64,000 nt of DNA from Amoebidium appalachense (lineage: Eukaryota; Protista; Ichthyosporea): NCBI GenBank assembly GCA_963693365.1, contig CAVNZM010000002.1:7408454-7472453 (forward strand), written 5' to 3'. Both the position numbers and the translations under genes were made by a program. How positions within the stretch are numbered: position 1 is the stretch's first letter; every line of letters begins with the position of its first letter. Below are positions 1 to 19,511 of the stretch, piece by piece. The notes beneath the pieces are model-generated. The model was given only the letters and a program-made list of their open reading frames with translations. It had not been told where the DNA came from and did not search any database.

Positions 1-500
<500 letters not shown>

Positions 501-533
501 TGGTGCTAACCCTCACGTCCCATGTACATTTAG

Positions 534-5937
<5,404 letters not shown>

Positions 5938-6493
5938 TAGGTAGATTCATGGTATTCTGATGGCATAGACTGAAAAATACTGGTGTTGAGCGAGTCCTTT
6001 TTTGTCTTTTTAATGGTACGTTTTTATTGGGTGTTTTTCAGGTGGAGCTCGAAAAGAAAGATATGAGCGGGTGTACGGCTGGCTAACAGGAGCCAGAAGG
6101 GGCAATAAAGACGACTCAGTCCATCCGGGAGGGAGAGAGTATGTGACTGACACTTGTCCCCCCTCGCCCCCCCCCTCCCCCCTGCATACTGTACGCATTG
6201 CTGATGTTGCATACTTGAATGTTTGCCTTTGTATGTGTCCTGCACAATGCTTCTCATCGTGTATGTTTTTTTTTTTTTTTCGTACCGTGTTCCGCATACA
6301 ACCTCAATCCCCTCCCTCTCCCCCCCCCCCCCTCCTCCCCGCGCAGGCACCCTGCCTCCCGGCCCTACGAAAAAACGACACACACCTATACACACACACA
6401 AAAAAAAAAAAAAACAGGCGTACACACAGACACACACACAACACACACACACGCACACCAACACCCACACCCGCCCCCCTCCCCCAACCGCCC

Positions 6494-6524
<31 letters not shown>

Positions 6525-7198
6525 ACACAGACACACACACATGAGCACACACTCCCCCCCCCCCCTCCCCCTTTCTCCCCTCCCCTCCTTTCTCTCCCCC
6601 CCCTCCCCCTCCCTCCTCTCCCCTCAGCCACCCGCCCGCCTGCCCGCCCGCCGCTGACCCACGCAGGGCCAGCTTCCGTCCCTTGCCTGGCTTCTGGCCT
6701 GACCGGCGCCTAGCACGTTCTTATCACTCCTACACGTTCTTATCACTCCTACAACTTTAATGATAGAATCCCTTCAAGTCAACTCCCCTCTCTTCTTCTC
6801 CTTTTCGGGCATTCCTCCCCCTCCCCCCAACCCTTTGCCCCCCTTCCCCTCCCTCTCCCATCTCCCCCTCCCCCCCCTTTGTGCATACTTTTTGTGTGAT
6901 CCACATTCACGTGTATTGAACCAGTCAGGACCCACCGGACCCCGTGGCTCCCCCTCGAAATATCAATCAAAACTGTTAAAAATTGAAAAAAAAAAAACAA
7001 CGTAAAATGACTAAAAAAAGGGATATGGCCGAAGCAGTGAATGAAGATGGTAGACCCGGATGGTTGGGAGTCAGTGTGCATGAAACATTTTCAAGACTGC
7101 ATTAGGTAGAGGAGAGAGAAGGGGGGGAAGGGGGGGGGGGGGGGGGAGGTTGAGGGTTCGTAGTGGAGAATAAACGGACTTGATGAGGGATATATGAA

Positions 7199-7236
<38 letters not shown>

Positions 7237-7289
7237 CCGCCGCCGCCACCCAACCCCCCATTCTCCTGAGCCCGAGGGGCACGTATAGT

Positions 7290-7388
7290 ACACGGAAAGC
7301 CAGTTTGATTGCTTATGGCATGTGTGATTTCCCGCCAATGAGGCAGCCTTCCACGAGCAGTAATAGCATGGGTCTGATGTGTGAAACA

Positions 7389-7426
<38 letters not shown>

Positions 7427-7576
7427 TTTCTAAGGAGGGAAAAAGACTTGAAGTACGGTTTTAGGTCCCCAGGTTAGGGCTGGCTTGATGTGTAAGGAAA
7501 CTGAGGAGGTGGAGATCGAGTTTCTCGAGGGGAAGGGTTGGGAGGGGGAGGAGTTGGGGGTGGAGGGGGGGGGGAA

Positions 7577-7608
<32 letters not shown>

Positions 7609-9000
7609 GCTGACTGTGCACGTCTGCAATAAGGATGGAAAAGGGCTTTTATATTGGGAAGTCGGACATCATCCACTCCCCCGTCTTCTCCCCTCACCCC
7701 CCCCCTCACCCCTCCCAACCGGCCACCCATCCAATGACACACCCACACACACATACACCACACACATACACACAGGGCCGAGGAGGGGGGGGGGGGGGGG
7801 GGGGGGGGGGAGAGGGGGAGGGGGAGAGAGAGAAAGAGAGGGAGAGAGAAAGGAGCCTCCTTTTGAGATAATTAGTGCAGGATATTTGGTGAAGAGAGGG
7901 AGAGAGAAAGGAGCCTCCTTTTGAGATAATTAGTGCAGGATATTTGGTGTGATTTGAGCTACAAAGGGAGCCTGTGATGTGGGTTTAGCCGTCGTTTTTA
8001 ATGGTCTGGTTTTGAGGGGGTGCAAAGATAATAAGGTGGAGGCTTATCCAGCCAACCCAAAAAAGTAAAAATTGACCCAGAAAAAAAAAAGATAAATGCA
8101 TAAAAAGCCCCTTCAGCTATCCGGTTCAGTATTGTTTTCCACTTCGTTTCATTCATGTCGCCGTTGCATAGGTTATGCAAATTCACTGTTTGCAGATCAT
8201 CAGGCTGAGGCATTTTATGGGGGGAGGAGGGGGGGAGGGGGGGGGAGGGGGGGGGGGGGGGGGGGGGGAGGGTGTGCGGGTGTACGGGTAAGCGAGTGAG
8301 TGGGAGAGAGGGGGGGGAGAGGGGAAGGGGAGAAAGGGAGGGGTTGGCGGAGGGGGGAAAGGGGGGGAGGAAGAGTGAGTGAGGACCCGAAGAGCTTTTT
8401 CATGCAGCCATGTTTTTTTTGCTGTGTCAGACCTGAAATGGTGTGAAAGTAAAGAAATTGATCCTGAAAAGGGAGGGGAAATGGTGGTGGTGGTGGTGGT
8501 GGTGGTGGTGGTGGGGGGGGGGGGGGGGGGGGGGGGGGACAGTGTATGGTTTGAGCCCACACACAAATGCACACAAGCACGCACATGGATGGACGCACAT
8601 GTGATGTGCACGTACACACTGCACCCGCGGAACCACCTATACAAATGCACCCACTCACCTACTCATTCTGGTCGCCTATATAGATGAGTGCATAAATTCA
8701 AAATGGCACTGAAAATTTTCAATCTCCAATGTCAAATCTGCAGCCAACACAGTTGCACAAAAGAAATGCATTTACATAATGCTAGCCTAATCATACAAAA
8801 GGCAATAAGAACACTAAGTCTGTGACATATTGCCCAGTTGGAGTTGAACGAGTCGTGAGTGGTGAGCAATTTCATTCTCTCCCCCCTCCCCCCCCCCCCC
8901 CTTCTTCCCCTCCCCCCCCCCCCCTCCCCCCCCCCCCCCCCCCCCCCCCCCCTGATATTCGTGCCAGTTGAAGTTGCAGAAGTTACTGTTCAGAACAGGC
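7290..9000 (-). pseudogene. Possible highly decayed PIF1-family helicase remnant (Helitron-like or host)
   Basis: Minus-strand fragments in PIF1 motif order: TVTSATSTGTNI (~8990, motif Ia-like), CLLYD*ASIM (~8790, Walker B-like IIDEISM), PFSGSISLL (~8470, motif III-like), MPQPDDLQTVNLHNLCNGDMNETKWKTILNR (8213-8120, motif IV-like), IKLAF/CTI across a frameshift (~7315-7285, motif V-like LAFAxTIH). Many stops and frameshifts. Confidence 0.35.
7841..7949. repeat. Direct tandem duplication, period 58 bp
   Basis: ggagagagaaaggagcctccttttgagataattagtgcaggatatttggtg at 7841-7891 and 7899-7949. Confidence 0.9.
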
Positions 9001-9435
9001 CCTATTGCTGAGTCTAATTAATCACGATGTTAGTTGTTATTCTGGTTTCAGCATGTCTTACATAGACCGTAAAAAATGGCCGAATGTCAGTCCCCTGAGA
9101 CGTTTCCAATTAATAAGAAGATAACGTGGGGGGAGGAGACAGGAGGAGGAGGGAGGGGGAGAGAGCGGGAAGAAGGGGGACGGGGGTTGGGGTGGGGGTG
9201 GGGTGGTGGTTGGGGGGGGGGGGGGGGGGGGGGGGGGGTTTCGTGCTGATGCACGGTAAATGAAGGCTTGGGAGGAGAGCAGTGATATATTTCGCCAATA
9301 GAACAAGTTTGCCTTTTGATATTTTTTATTTATTAGCAGTCTCACATTAGGCCCAGAATATCCGGAAGCTAGAATTTCATTTTTCCGTGAATACTGTGTG
9401 GTCTTTCAAAGTTGAAGGACTGGGATGACGGCCTG

Positions 9436-9476
<41 letters not shown>

Positions 9477-9501
9477 TTGTATTTAATCCCGTTTTGTTCG
9501 C

Positions 9502-9544
<43 letters not shown>

Positions 9545-9787
9545 CTCCTTAGGGGTCCCTCACGGGAACTGCCGTCTTCCACCAAGCACCGACTGTACCC
9601 CAGCTTGGGTGCTAATGGTGCAATTGGCTGAACTACACACCTGTTCAAGCGCAACTACTAGACACACTTAGCCTAGGGTTTTGCCACACCTATCTACAAC
9701 GGCCTAATTTGTGCCGTGGCAGTGACATTAATCTATTACCCACAAGGCTTGCCGTATGTACGTATACGCGAATGTACTCACACACAC

Positions 9788-9856
<69 letters not shown>

Positions 9857-10067
9857 ACGCACATACACACACACAATGGTGGCTCCCTCCTTACGGCAAG
9901 CAGGTAGAGATGTTATCTTCATTTATCTCTCCCTCTAATCCCTTCAAAGCGGCGCGTATGGAGGCATGGAATATCCCCTTTCGGTCATATCTCCCTGCTC
10001 CCTACGGAAAGCAATGAGAGATGGTTATCTCTGGGAGGTGCGGCGTATCTCCTTCTGTCTGTCATAT

Positions 10068-10107
<40 letters not shown>

Positions 10108-10219
10108 TTTCCACCGTTATTTTACAGGGAGAGAATGAAACATCTTCCTTCCTCCCAGTACGTGGCAGGCAGTGAAGAGATACGCTAAACAGTTATTTCC
10201 CTGATATGCGTGCATGTGT

Positions 10220-10287
<68 letters not shown>

Positions 10288-10309
10288 CGTGTGTGTGTTT
10301 GCGTACGTG

Positions 10310-10342
<33 letters not shown>

Positions 10343-10365
10343 CATGTGTGTGTGTGTATGTGCGT

Positions 10366-10398
<33 letters not shown>

Positions 10399-11009
10399 TG
10401 TGTGTGTTTGTGTGCGTGTGTGCGTGTGTGTTTGTGTGTGTGTGTGTATGTGTGTGTTTGTTTGTGTGGTTGTTCATATGTGCGTGTATGTCTCTGCGTG
10501 TGTGTGCCATCCAGCAGTCTATTCTGCTAGCTATAGGCCGGCTGGTTCGGAGCCGAGCCCTCGGACCCGGGTCCAGGCCGGGGCCGGGAGTACTTAGCCA
10601 GGATAACAAGGTTTCAAAAGACAGAAGCATCTTTCGTCTTCCAGCACATGCTGGGTTAGAGATTGCATTCCACGGGCATACTTGTCACATGTAGTAAGCC
10701 GATATATGCATACTATCCGGGAAGGATAACGGGGATAACCTGAAAGTGGCTCCTGCGTCATCTTGCACACGAAAAGGTACGTACATGCGTGGCCGTGGCC
10801 GTGAGCTTTCATGGACACAGTTATGAAGGCTAAAAAAAAATGCATATATTTTTTAAAAAAAAAAATATATTTGGAACATGGAAAGCGGAATAGGCTGAGC
10901 CTCGCGAACTGTTGCGATGTTTTTTATAATCATGTACACGCAGTGCACTGTGTGTGTATGTATGCACTGTGCACCGTTCGTGTACTTTGAAACTCTTTCG
11001 TGCCTACGA

Positions 11010-11152
11010 TCTTATCCAATCCAGTTCGCTAAAACTGATCTAATAGTTGATTGGCGGAATCTCTATTGGTAGAACAAAATCTAGAACAGTCGACCAATTA
11101 GCACTTTGTCACAATGTGATTGGCAGATACATTCCTGCATCACATATAAATA
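11010..11152 (+). promoter_or_regulatory. CCAAT cluster plus TATA-like promoter of the CNT gene
   Basis: CCAAT/ATTGG at ~11016, 11050, 11065, 11094, 11119 and catataaa at ~11143-11150, about 130 bp upstream of the ATG. Confidence 0.55.
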
Positions 11153-11278
11153 GATGGGGGGTGTACGCTGTTTACTCGAGGCAAAGATCCCGGCTCACAT
11201 TCAAAATTTACCCAATCTACCTACAGACACCAGCTGTTCTGGTTCTCATCCGTAACCTCTTCTGTAAACAAAGAAAAA

Positions 11279-12943
11279 ATGGCGCCTGCAGATAGTGTTA
11301 CAGCTCTAGAAATGGATTCGCGAAAGGAAAAGCTCGATGGTGATATTAGCAGCGCCTATTGCAACGTCGAGACAGTGAGTGATGGAAACGACACACCCCA
11401 GAACTCAACGTTTTTCCAACAGCACAAAAGGCAAATAGGCCTAGGGTTCAAGATTTTCCTCTTTCTGTGTTTCGCAGCTTACTTTATCGCTGCGTGTGCT
11501 CTGGACTTCCAGCGTGCCATTCCTCTTGTTGGAATCACCACGTTTGTTGCGTTTTGTGTCACGTGGGGTTTCATCAGCGATCATTACGGCGACTTGCTCA
11601 TTGAAAAGGTTTTCAGCCCCATCGGTCGGTTCTGCTCGGCAAAATGGAACATCCTCCGATGGGTGTGCGTTGCCATTCTTGTCACCCTTGTCGTCTTGTT
11701 CGTCGCTCTGGACATTTGGGGCCAGTGGAGCCGTCTTATTTCTTTCGGCGGTGTGTTGATGTTCATGGGTGTTGGCTACCTCTGCTCGTGGAAGCGCCAT
11801 GCCGTTAACTGGCGCCCTATTCTGTGGGGTCTCGGCCTGCAGCTTGCATTTGGCTTCATTGTGCTCAAGTGGCAGCCCGGCTACCGGTTCCTCGACTGGC
11901 TCTCCGGCCACGTGTCCCGCTTCCTTGCGTACTCGGACGAGGGTGCAAAGTTCGTGTTTGGTGATGGATTTATGGAGCACTTCTTTGCCTTCAAGGTGCT
12001 GCCAACCATCATTTTCTTCGCCGCGTTCATGGGCATCTGCTACTACTTTGGTCTCATGCAGATGATCATTGCCAAGATTTCGTTTGTAATGCAAAAGACT
12101 TTGGCCACATCTGCTGCCGAGTCTCTCAATGCCGCCGGCAACATTTTCCTGGGCCAGACCGAGGCACCCCTTCTCGTCAAGCCTTTCCTCTCCAAAATGA
12201 CCAAGTCCGAGCTGCATGCCGTCATGACGGGTGGGTTTGGCACCATTGCCGGCAGTGTCATGGCCGCATTCATCGGCTTTGGTATTGCACCCAACTTCCT
12301 TATGGCTGCCTCCGTGATGGCGGCACCTGCCTGCCTGGCCATGTCCAAGCTGGTCTACCCCGAGACAGAGGAGTCTGAGACGGCCGCCGGCACCGACTTT
12401 GAGCTGCCCAAGTCTGAAGCTGGAAACGTCATCGAGGCCGCCTCTGCCGGTGCCAGCGATGCCATCCCCCTTGCCCTCAACATCGGTGCCGCCATGATTG
12501 CCTTTGTGTCTCTGCTTGCTCTTGTCAACAACGTCTTCCAGTTTGTTGGTTACATGGTCGGCATTGAGGGGTTCACCTTTGAGTTTGTCTGCTCGTATGT
12601 TCTGCGCCCCGTCGCCTTCATGATGGGTGTCCCATGGGACGATGCTGGCAAGGTTGCATCCCTTCTCGGCCTGAAGACGTTCGTGAACGAGTTTGTTGCC
12701 TACACCCGCCTAGCTGAGATGATTAAAGCTGGTGAGCTGAGCAAGCGTGCGGAGACGATTGCGACGTTTGCGCTGTGTGGGTTTGCCAACTTCAGCTCCA
12801 TTGCCGTGCAGCTGGGCGGGCTGGGCGCCATGGCCCCCAACCGCTACAAGGACCTGGCCACGCTGGCCTTCAGCGCAATGCTCACCGGCACCGCCACCAC
12901 ATGGATGAACGCCTCCATTGCGGGTCTGCTGATCTCGAACTAA
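11279..12943 (+). CDS. Concentrative nucleoside transporter (SLC28/CNT family), intronless, 554 aa
   Basis: Uninterrupted multi-TM ORF with CNT motifs FAFKVLPTIIFF, ESLNAAGNIFLGQTEAPL, VMTGGFGTIAGSV, KTFVNEFVAY, LCGFANFSS and the eukaryote-type N-terminal extra TM segment. Confidence 0.96.
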   Translation: MAPADSVTALEMDSRKEKLDGDISSAYCNVETVSDGNDTPQNSTFFQQHKRQIGLGFKIFLFLCFAAYFIAACALDFQRAIPLVGITTFVAFCVTWGFISDHYGDLLIEKVFSPIGRFCSAKWNILRWVCVAILVTLVVLFVALDIWGQWSRLISFGGVLMFMGVGYLCSWKRHAVNWRPILWGLGLQLAFGFIVLKWQPGYRFLDWLSGHVSRFLAYSDEGAKFVFGDGFMEHFFAFKVLPTIIFFAAFMGICYYFGLMQMIIAKISFVMQKTLATSAAESLNAAGNIFLGQTEAPLLVKPFLSKMTKSELHAVMTGGFGTIAGSVMAAFIGFGIAPNFLMAASVMAAPACLAMSKLVYPETEESETAAGTDFELPKSEAGNVIEAASAGASDAIPLALNIGAAMIAFVSLLALVNNVFQFVGYMVGIEGFTFEFVCSYVLRPVAFMMGVPWDDAGKVASLLGLKTFVNEFVAYTRLAEMIKAGELSKRAETIATFALCGFANFSSIAVQLGGLGAMAPNRYKDLATLAFSAMLTGTATTWMNASIAGLLISN

Positions 12944-13502
12944 ACCGGTAGGCCAATGCTACATCATAATATGTACATGTTCGTATTCATTCTGAGCTAG
13001 CAAACCTTTTTCATTTTTAAGTATTGGTTTGTATACACGAAAAAGATATCTTTTTACTTACAAATACTAGAGAGAAACGTATATCTGTCCTCAGGTAGTG
13101 TTTTTCCCTGCCCTAGCTGTCACCGTGTTGCATGAGTTCTGATTAGAGAAAGGACAGTGTCTGTGTGCGCGGTTCTCAATAGTACCCTTAAATGCCTGGT
13201 GCTTAAGGGTAGTATGACAATACCATAAATCTCTTTTCAAATGACGCATGGTTGCTCTCAACCTTCAAAAACGGCGGGACACATCTTAACAAAGTCTGGC
13301 TCGGGTGTTGCGTTGCACCTGACTATGCATGACCGCGAGACACGGGTATATCTACACCACCAGACACACACGTGCAAGCATAGTGTCAATATCACAAAGC
13401 GCTAGGCATACCGTGTAACACACATCGTGATATATCGGCCTCAAGGGGGAGTCCCCTCACCACCACCAACACCACCACCACCACCACCCGTGAGCACCAC
13501 CA

Positions 13503-13816
<314 letters not shown>

Positions 13817-14062
13817 TGTCTCCTTTTACGATATGATTGTTATAATTTTGGACGATAATTAAAGTTAGCTACATATACTCTCTATGGAATACATTATCTT
13901 TTCATTTTTTTTTTCGTCTTTTCGATGCCAAGAATCACCGAAATAACCATGCAACCAGCGCCACACCATAGCTCACTAGGAACGAAGCACTATGCATCAT
14001 TGAATGCAATGTGCCCGATAGTTATAACGTGTAAATAAACTCACGGCGCACACGTCACGATC

Positions 14063-15208
14063 CTAATTCATTTGATTCTTACTTAAACGCACACAGAGGT
14101 TTTCTCTGCCCACGTGCACCAAAAAGCACACTGTCCAAATAAGGCAAGCCCAAAAAATCAGGGTAGGGTAGCGGAACCAGGCATCCGGGGTGGTAATGTC
14201 CATGAACCAGTAGGTCCATCCGAACCCTTTGAAGTAGAAAATCCACGTGTACACGAAGTAGCCGAGCACAAAGGCGACGGAAAAGTAGATGTGGCCGAAC
14301 AGGAAAATCTGGTGGTTGCTTGAAAATCCAATCAGCATCACCACACCGTCCATGCCGTGCAGGTTGAGGTTGGTCCATGCTCGCAGGCTCTCGCTCCAGG
14401 CAGCTGTTTTTTCATTTTTATTTGTTATTTTTTTTTTTGGGAGGGGGGGGGGGAAGGGGGGAGGGGGGGGGGGGGGAGGAGGGGGGAGGGAGGGGAGGGG
14501 GGACCCTCGGTGGGTGGGTGGGTGGGTGAGGGGGGAACACAGTAACTGTTAGTGGTTTTTTATTGTCTGGGTGGTGTGTGATTTCCTTTACCACGGCATA
14601 TTTTTTTTTTTGACTGCATGAATTATCCGCCCCTAGATCATAGACACATAAGTTCTTTTTTTTTCTTTTTCTTTTTTTTTTTTTTTTTTTGGGGGGGGGG
14701 GGGGGGGAGGGGGGGGGGAGGGGGGGAGGGGAAGGGGGAGGAGGGGGGACACTTACGTGCCTACGACCTCAGACAGGTCCAAAACAGAATTGGCACGATG
14801 ATCTTAAACGTGAACATGGCCTCGTACAAAATGCAGTATGCAAGGTTGATCCACCACGGCTGCGACTCGAAACTGTGTGGCTTGCCTTCACTCCCTTGCC
14901 GAACATAGAGCGCTGTTGGGATTGGAAGCCTTATCAGCTTAATTCCTCCACGCAAAGCGCCAAAGTAATACATATAACTTATAATTTTTGATTTGGATGA
15001 GATATATATAGTTTTTTACTAGCAATTACTGTTGTGCTCAACTTCGAAATAGCTAGGTTCCTAGATAGGGAGGAGAGGGGAGCCTCAGGAGGGTTTGTGT
15101 GCGTGTGCGCAGGGGGGAGGGGAGGGGGGGGGGGGGGGCTGACTTCCTATAAAACAGAAGGAGAGGGGACGGGATGGAAGGGGTAATCGGTTGCTGAAGG
15201 CAGGGGAT

Positions 15209-15245
<37 letters not shown>

Positions 15246-16019
15246 GGGGGGGGGAGGGGGGGGGGGGAAGGGGGGTATGGCGGAGCTCTACATTGGAAGT
15301 TTGAAGCATATGCCCCTGCGTGATGCTCTCGAAATTACTGAGTGCCTAATTAGTTTGTATGTACTGGAAGAAAATATGATGGGCACATACCTGTGTCGGC
15401 TACAGCCTGGATGAGGTAGATGGTCATTCCGATGTATGTCAGCGTGCAGTATAGCAAACTTTCTGCAATATGGCATGCCGTGTCAGTCATCATATATTAT
15501 AACGGCTTCACTCACACTTTAATGGCATGGCGTACACCCACATGAAAAAAGTAAGAAAAAAAAGGAAGTAGCGGAGAATGAGGGGAAAAAAAGAAAGAAA
15601 AACTGTACATAGAAAGGGCCATGCCCATACGTGTTCGGAGGAACCTACCCAAAGGCCATGGTCGAAGTCAAGCATAGCCGATGATGTAAGCACTGCCAGT
15701 GCGTAGCACATGAGAACGATCCTCACACACAGCAGGCCCCATGCAGGCAGGAAGTGTGACGTCACAAACTCTCCGTGTCCAGGTAGTGAAACTTGAGCTG
15801 CCAACACTGCGTCCTCTACCCGCCAGCGTGGTACGGCAAAACTTCATTGTCTTTGCTTTGTTTTTGGTCTGCAACTTCAACTATGCACACTGTCTCTATA
15901 ATTGCGGGTTTGAAGTCGTATAATGTTTTGGCAGCTTCGACTTCCGCGGTGAATGTGGGGCTCTGCATGTTCGATTCAGTGTTTGCGCTCGCTGAGCTGT
16001 CGTTTGCGTGAGCTGCCAT
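14063..16019 (-). pseudogene. Pseudogenised tandem copy of the FAR-17a/AIG1 (rolling-stone)-like gene
   Basis: Exons 16019-15649, ~15460-15391, 14912-14757, 14403-14063 align to the paralog at 18202-20066. Lesions: TGG>TAG stop at 15816-15818, 1-nt deletion at ~15769, and an exon 2 length out of frame with either candidate acceptor. Confidence 0.85.
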
Positions 16020-16184
16020 GGTGGCTGTTAGTCGTCGATTGCTGCCGGAACTTGCAAATCATGTCATGGAATTTGTGCACAGAATGACGTCAATAATGTG
16101 GCTCCCCGCCCAACAGCTAAAATGGAAGTAGCGGTGGTTGCTGAGAGTCAATCGGCTGCGATGTCTTTTTCAAGTGAGCGGAGG

Positions 16185-16280
16185 CTTGTTTATATATTGT
16201 TGGGTTGACCATGCATCCAATCATAAACGGCGATAAGGTGTAATCCAATCGTTACAAACGCGCCAGATCCACCAATCAGG
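16185..16280 (-). promoter_or_regulatory. TATA plus three CCAAT boxes (promoter of the pseudogene copy)
   Basis: Minus-strand TATATAAA at ~16189-16196; ccaatc at ~16217, 16245, 16272; conserved with the paralog promoter. Confidence 0.55.
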
Positions 16281-17064
16281 TGTTTTCTAAAGTTTTTGTT
16301 TGCGTTCGAAGGAATTCGAAGGTCACCTCGCCAGCTAGCTAACCTGCCTCGAACAGTGTCCATCCCTCATTCCCTCTGCCAAACTGGTTTCTACTGCTAA
16401 CTTGTCTTTGTCTTTCTACTCCCTTTTGGTGTACTTTACTGTACTTAGAGCTCTCGCCCCAAGTTACCACTTTTGAAAGTTTTCACCGCAGTGCTTCTGT
16501 CATCTCTGGAATGTTCACCTTAACATTCCATTTCCAGGGTTATCAAGCTACTGATCATCAGCCTAACGCCGTCGACCCTCCGCATGAACACATGAGAATA
16601 CTCTACCAGAAAGAGCGCTGTTTTTATTTAGCGTTTATTGTCTTACTATACGTTGTGGAAGGCAACAAGCATGGGCAAAGGCGATCGTTTGCTGCAAGCC
16701 ATATATCGTCAGGTCTCATCCTGGAATTGTTCATCTCCTAAGGAATGTAAACAGATACCATCAGCATTCCGTTGGCAACAGCCAAGTGGGACCTGGTGCC
16801 GCTGGCATCATTTGACAAGTCCGAACTGGTTCTAATATGTGCTCTGCACCTCCCCTGGACCCCCCTTCTCTCTACCTCTCCATCACATACACAACCACTC
16901 TCTCTTCCCCCCCGGGGCCTCCTTCCCTCCTCTTTCCCTCCCTCCCTCCCTCTCACCCCCCACCCACCCTCTCTCTTTCTGTCTCAGCCTCCTATTCTCT
17001 CTCTCTCTCTCTCTAGGCTCCTCCGTTCTTCTTAGGCTCTCTCGGGACCTCTCTCTTTCTCTCT

Positions 17065-17095
<31 letters not shown>

Positions 17096-17199
17096 CTTCC
17101 CCCTGCTGCCCCATCTCTTTCTCCCCCCCCCCCCCCCTCCCGAGTATCTCTCTGTCTCTCTCCCTCGCTCGCTCTCTCTCTCTCCCCCGGCCTCTCTCT

Positions 17200-17442
<243 letters not shown>

Positions 17443-18201
17443 ATTGCTTTCGATTCCCTTCCGAGGCACGTGTTACTGTGACAAAACCAACGAGTCATTT
17501 ACATATCGTTTTGCACTTGTTATGTGCACGGCACAGGCACACACCTCAGAGTCTACAGGCATGTAGGTTTCCACGCAACAAGACATACTTGAACTGCATT
17601 TTCTCATGCTTCGAGAACTTTGTGTGTTAGGAAAAAATCCTCGCATGCTATACTAAAGGTTCACGAATGGTACCGGCCCGTTCAGAAGTGTATTGCTGTG
17701 CACTGTGGCCTGTGTTCCCCCTGGTACCGGTGGGAACAAGTGTATATTAGGCTTCACTTAGTTCCATGATTCAATGTGCCGTTGCCAATAGGTGGGATAT
17801 ATACAATATAATAGACTTTTATTTATTTACATCCCGAAGGCTTTACACACACACAAGGTATATCTTGTCACTTTTTTCGTTGCGTATATATGCCTGTGGA
17901 ACCATGAAAACCAACCACTCTTGTGATTATAACAATATCTAGCTAAAAGATCTAGAGTCTCACCGGCTAAGCCTAGCGGGCAGATGTTTCTTGTGGAATG
18001 GCTAGATCTAACCATTTCGTTTTTGTCGTCTTTTCTATACAAAGCTTAGATATATCTGCAACCAGTGTATACACAAGAGCAGAAGTATTAGAATCCTATA
18101 TATATAGGCATGCATGACACCGCATGGAATGCAATGTGCCTGATAACGTTGAAATGAACGCATGGCACGCTGTGACGTACATGTTCATTATTATCAATTA
18201 A

Positions 18202-19478
18202 TTAGTTGACCTTACTGAAACGCACAAACAGCTTTTCTCTGCCCACGTGCACAAAAAAGCACAGTGTCCAAATAAAACAAGCCCAAAAAATCAGGGTGGG
18301 GTAGCGGAACCAGGCATCCGGGGTGGTAATGTCCAGGAACCAGTAGGTCCATCCGAACCCTGTGAAGTAGAAAATCCACGTGTACACGAAGTAGCCGAGC
18401 ACAAAGGCGACGAAGAAGTAGATGTGGCCGAAAACAAAAATCTGGCGGTTGCATGAAAATTCAACCAGCATCACCACGCCGTCCATGCCGTGCAGGCTGA
18501 GGTTGGTCCATGCTCGCAGGCTCTCGCTCCAGGCAGCTGTTTGAAAGGGGAGGGGAGGAGGGGGGAGGGGGGAGGGAGGGGGGAAACTCTTAATGGTTTG
18601 TTATTAATATTGGCTGCAGGGTGTGTGTATTGTCCGTCGTTTTGATTGCACGTGCCTACGTTTTAATTGCACTCTACCTACTTTCAATATGTGCGTATTT
18701 CTCGATGACCCCCCCCCCCCTCCCCCCCTCCCCTCCCTCCCCCCCTCCCCCCCCCCCCCCCCCTCTCCCTTAGTGACGTGGCTCTCCCCGAAGTCTAATT
18801 TCTTTTGGAAGGAAGGGGAGTGGGGGAAGGTGTATGTGCGTGTGTGTGTGTGTTGGGGGAGGGAGGGGGAAGGGGGGCGATACACTTACGTGCCCAGGAC
18901 CTCAAGCAGGTCCAAAACAGAATTGGTACGATGATCTTAAACGTGAACATGGCCTCATACAAGATCCAGTATGCAAGGTTGACCCACCGCGGCTGCGACT
19001 CGAAACTGCGTGGGTTGCCCTCACTCCCTTGCCGGACATAGAGCGCTGTAGGGAAAGGAATCAGCTCAACCTCTATGTGGAGTACCACTGTGAATTATAC
19101 GTTCTAGCACTTAATGAACATTTTTGGCTTGGGTGATGGGGAAGCCTAGGGGTATGTGGAGGATCTCTACATTAGCCCGAAAGTTAGCAGCATGTGCGCC
19201 TGCATGATGCTCTCTAAAGTACTGAATGCCTAAATAGTATGTTAGTATTGTAAGGGAAAATGATATGCACGTACCTGTGTGGACTACAGCCTGGATGAGG
19301 TAGATGGTCATTCCGATGTACGTCAGCTGCGTGCAGTAGCGAAACTGCATGCGCAATTTGGCATGACGTGTCAGTCCGAAGGACAATTCGCATATGAAAA
19401 AATTTAGAGAAGCAAGGAAACATAGAACGTACAACATGACTTCACCCCCCCCCCCCCCCCCCCCCCCCCTCCCCTCCC

Positions 19479-19511
<33 letters not shown>

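Noticed and set aside
6040-7690. Plus-strand exon-like segments downstream of the protease
   Set aside because: Stops in the plausible frames and no coherent phase-compatible model
13183-13211. Short hairpin tacccttaa...ttaagggta (also tgttccc...gggaaca at ~17713-17738)
   Set aside because: Stems of 7-9 bp are expected by chance in 64 kb, with no supporting context
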